From NCBI RefSeq assembly GCF_001194135.2, contig NC_068990.1, positions 69,305,157-69,369,156 on the forward strand: a stretch of 64,000 bases of DNA, in the 5' to 3' direction. The position numbers and the translations under genes are program-made. A model generated the notes under the pieces. That model searched no databases. It was given only the letters and a program-made list of their open reading frames with translations, and was not told where the DNA came from. Position 1 is the first letter of the stretch. Each line of letters begins with the position of its first letter. Source of the stretch: Octopus bimaculoides. Its lineage: Eukaryota. Positions 62,770-64,000 of the stretch are shown in pieces.

Positions 62770-63420
62770 GGCACAGGCATGGCCGTGTGGTAAGAAGCTT
62801 GCTTTCCAACCACATGGTTTCAGGTTCAGTCACACTGTTTGGCATCTTGGGCAAGTGTCTTCTACTATAGCCTCAGGCTCACTAAGGCCTTGTGAGTGGA
62901 TTAGGTAGACAGAAACTGAAAGAAGCCCATTGTATATACAGGACACGGTGAATAAATTATCATCTAAATTATGCAAAAATGAAAATAACACTGACATCTC
63001 ATTTTAACTGATATGTTTACCAAAATTACATTAACGTGGTTATATTATCTTCATAATTATTTAAATGGTTTCCATACAGCTCCAATGAAATTTGAACCAG
63101 GAATCATTATATTCAAAAATACCCCAGCTCACATATTCTCAATTGTTTTGACAATACCCAATATATAAAATTTCTTTCAATTAAACAGGACCTAACTTGC
63201 AATCCAATCCTAAAATCCTTCACTCTTAGAAACTTGATTTACTTATGATATAATCCAATGATTCTTAAGCTTTAAACCAATGTGTGTGTGTGTATGTATG
63301 TCTTTGTGTCAGTGCTTGTCCCCCACCACTGCTTGACAACTGGTATTAGTGCATTTTTGTCCCTGTGCATTTATTAGTGCATTTATGTCCCTGTAACTTA
63401 GCAGTTCAGCAAAAAGGTGA
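62770..63420 (+). mobile_element. SINE family B, CpG-decayed, split by a maT-like terminus inserted at 62939
   Basis: Head 62770-62938, tail resumes at ~63280. 62939-63005 (TA|CAGGACACGGTGAATAAATTATCATCTAAATTATGCAAAAATGAAAATAACAC) matches 10876-10935. Confidence 0.75.
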
Positions 63421-63518
63421 CATGTTACTTGATAGACTCAGATAAGCTGAGATTGTTTGCTTCAAAAATTTCATACTTTCTAAATATATATGTATGTGTA
63501 TATGCATGTATGTATCTG

Positions 63519-63550
<32 letters not shown>

Positions 63551-63825
63551 CCTACCTACCTACCTACCTACATACATACATACATACATACATACATACA
63601 TACATACATACACACACATACACCCATACATAGTGTCCAGTCTCAGGATGGTTGGTGTTAAGAAGGGCAATCCAGTTGTAAAAACCATGCCAAAACAAGT
63701 CACAACATCCTTGGGTAGTCTTCTACTTGGTCAGCACCTGTCAACTGTCCTACCCATGCATGCATGCTAGGTATTAAACAGTGATGGTGATGATATATAT
63801 ATGTGCATGTATATGTATGTGTGTA

Positions 63826-63856
<31 letters not shown>

Positions 63857-64000
63857 CATCATAAATATACAGGGATTAGCATTGAGTTGCTTCTCCAACA
63901 TACTGAAAATTTAGAAATAGCAGTCAAAGAACTACTGATTCTAAACTACAATTTTTTCTCTAAATGGATGGCGATATTTATGGCACACATAGAACAAAAA

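Noticed and set aside
1955-63770. ORFs made of YI/HT/CV/LS repeats (e.g. 1955-2227, 21621-22021, 34461-34850, 43791-44089, 63417-63770)
   Set aside because: Translations of di- and tetranucleotide microsatellites.

Overview
AT-rich, microsatellite-dense animal genomic scaffold with about 17 N-gaps. The dominant tRNA-derived SINE families point to an Octopus genome (inference from recalled octopus OK/OR1/OR2-type repeats, not from a search). No intact host protein-coding gene is evident. The window is mostly decayed mobile DNA: non-LTR retrotransposon fragments from five clades (Hero, R4/Dong twice, CRE, RTE, Tx1/L1), Tc1/mariner, maT-like and pogo relics, MITEs with Merlin-, hAT-, piggyBac- and Tc1-type termini, Helentron-type HINEs, and dozens of SINEs. 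Four signals stand out. (1) Three near-intact minimal type I hammerhead ribozymes of the Penelope/retrozyme kind, all on the minus strand, one inside a 233-bp element bounded by 54-bp inverted repeats. (2) A ~490-bp palindrome centred on CCCTAA/TTAGGG telomeric repeats in the orientation opposite to a chromosome fusion. (3) A switch from CpG-intact to CpG-decayed SINE copies at about 57-58 kb, just downstream of a candidate first exon, suggesting the start of a germline-methylated gene body. (4) Candidate recursive splice sites on the plus strand. Family assignments come from motif recognition and manual translation only; SINE boundaries are approximate.
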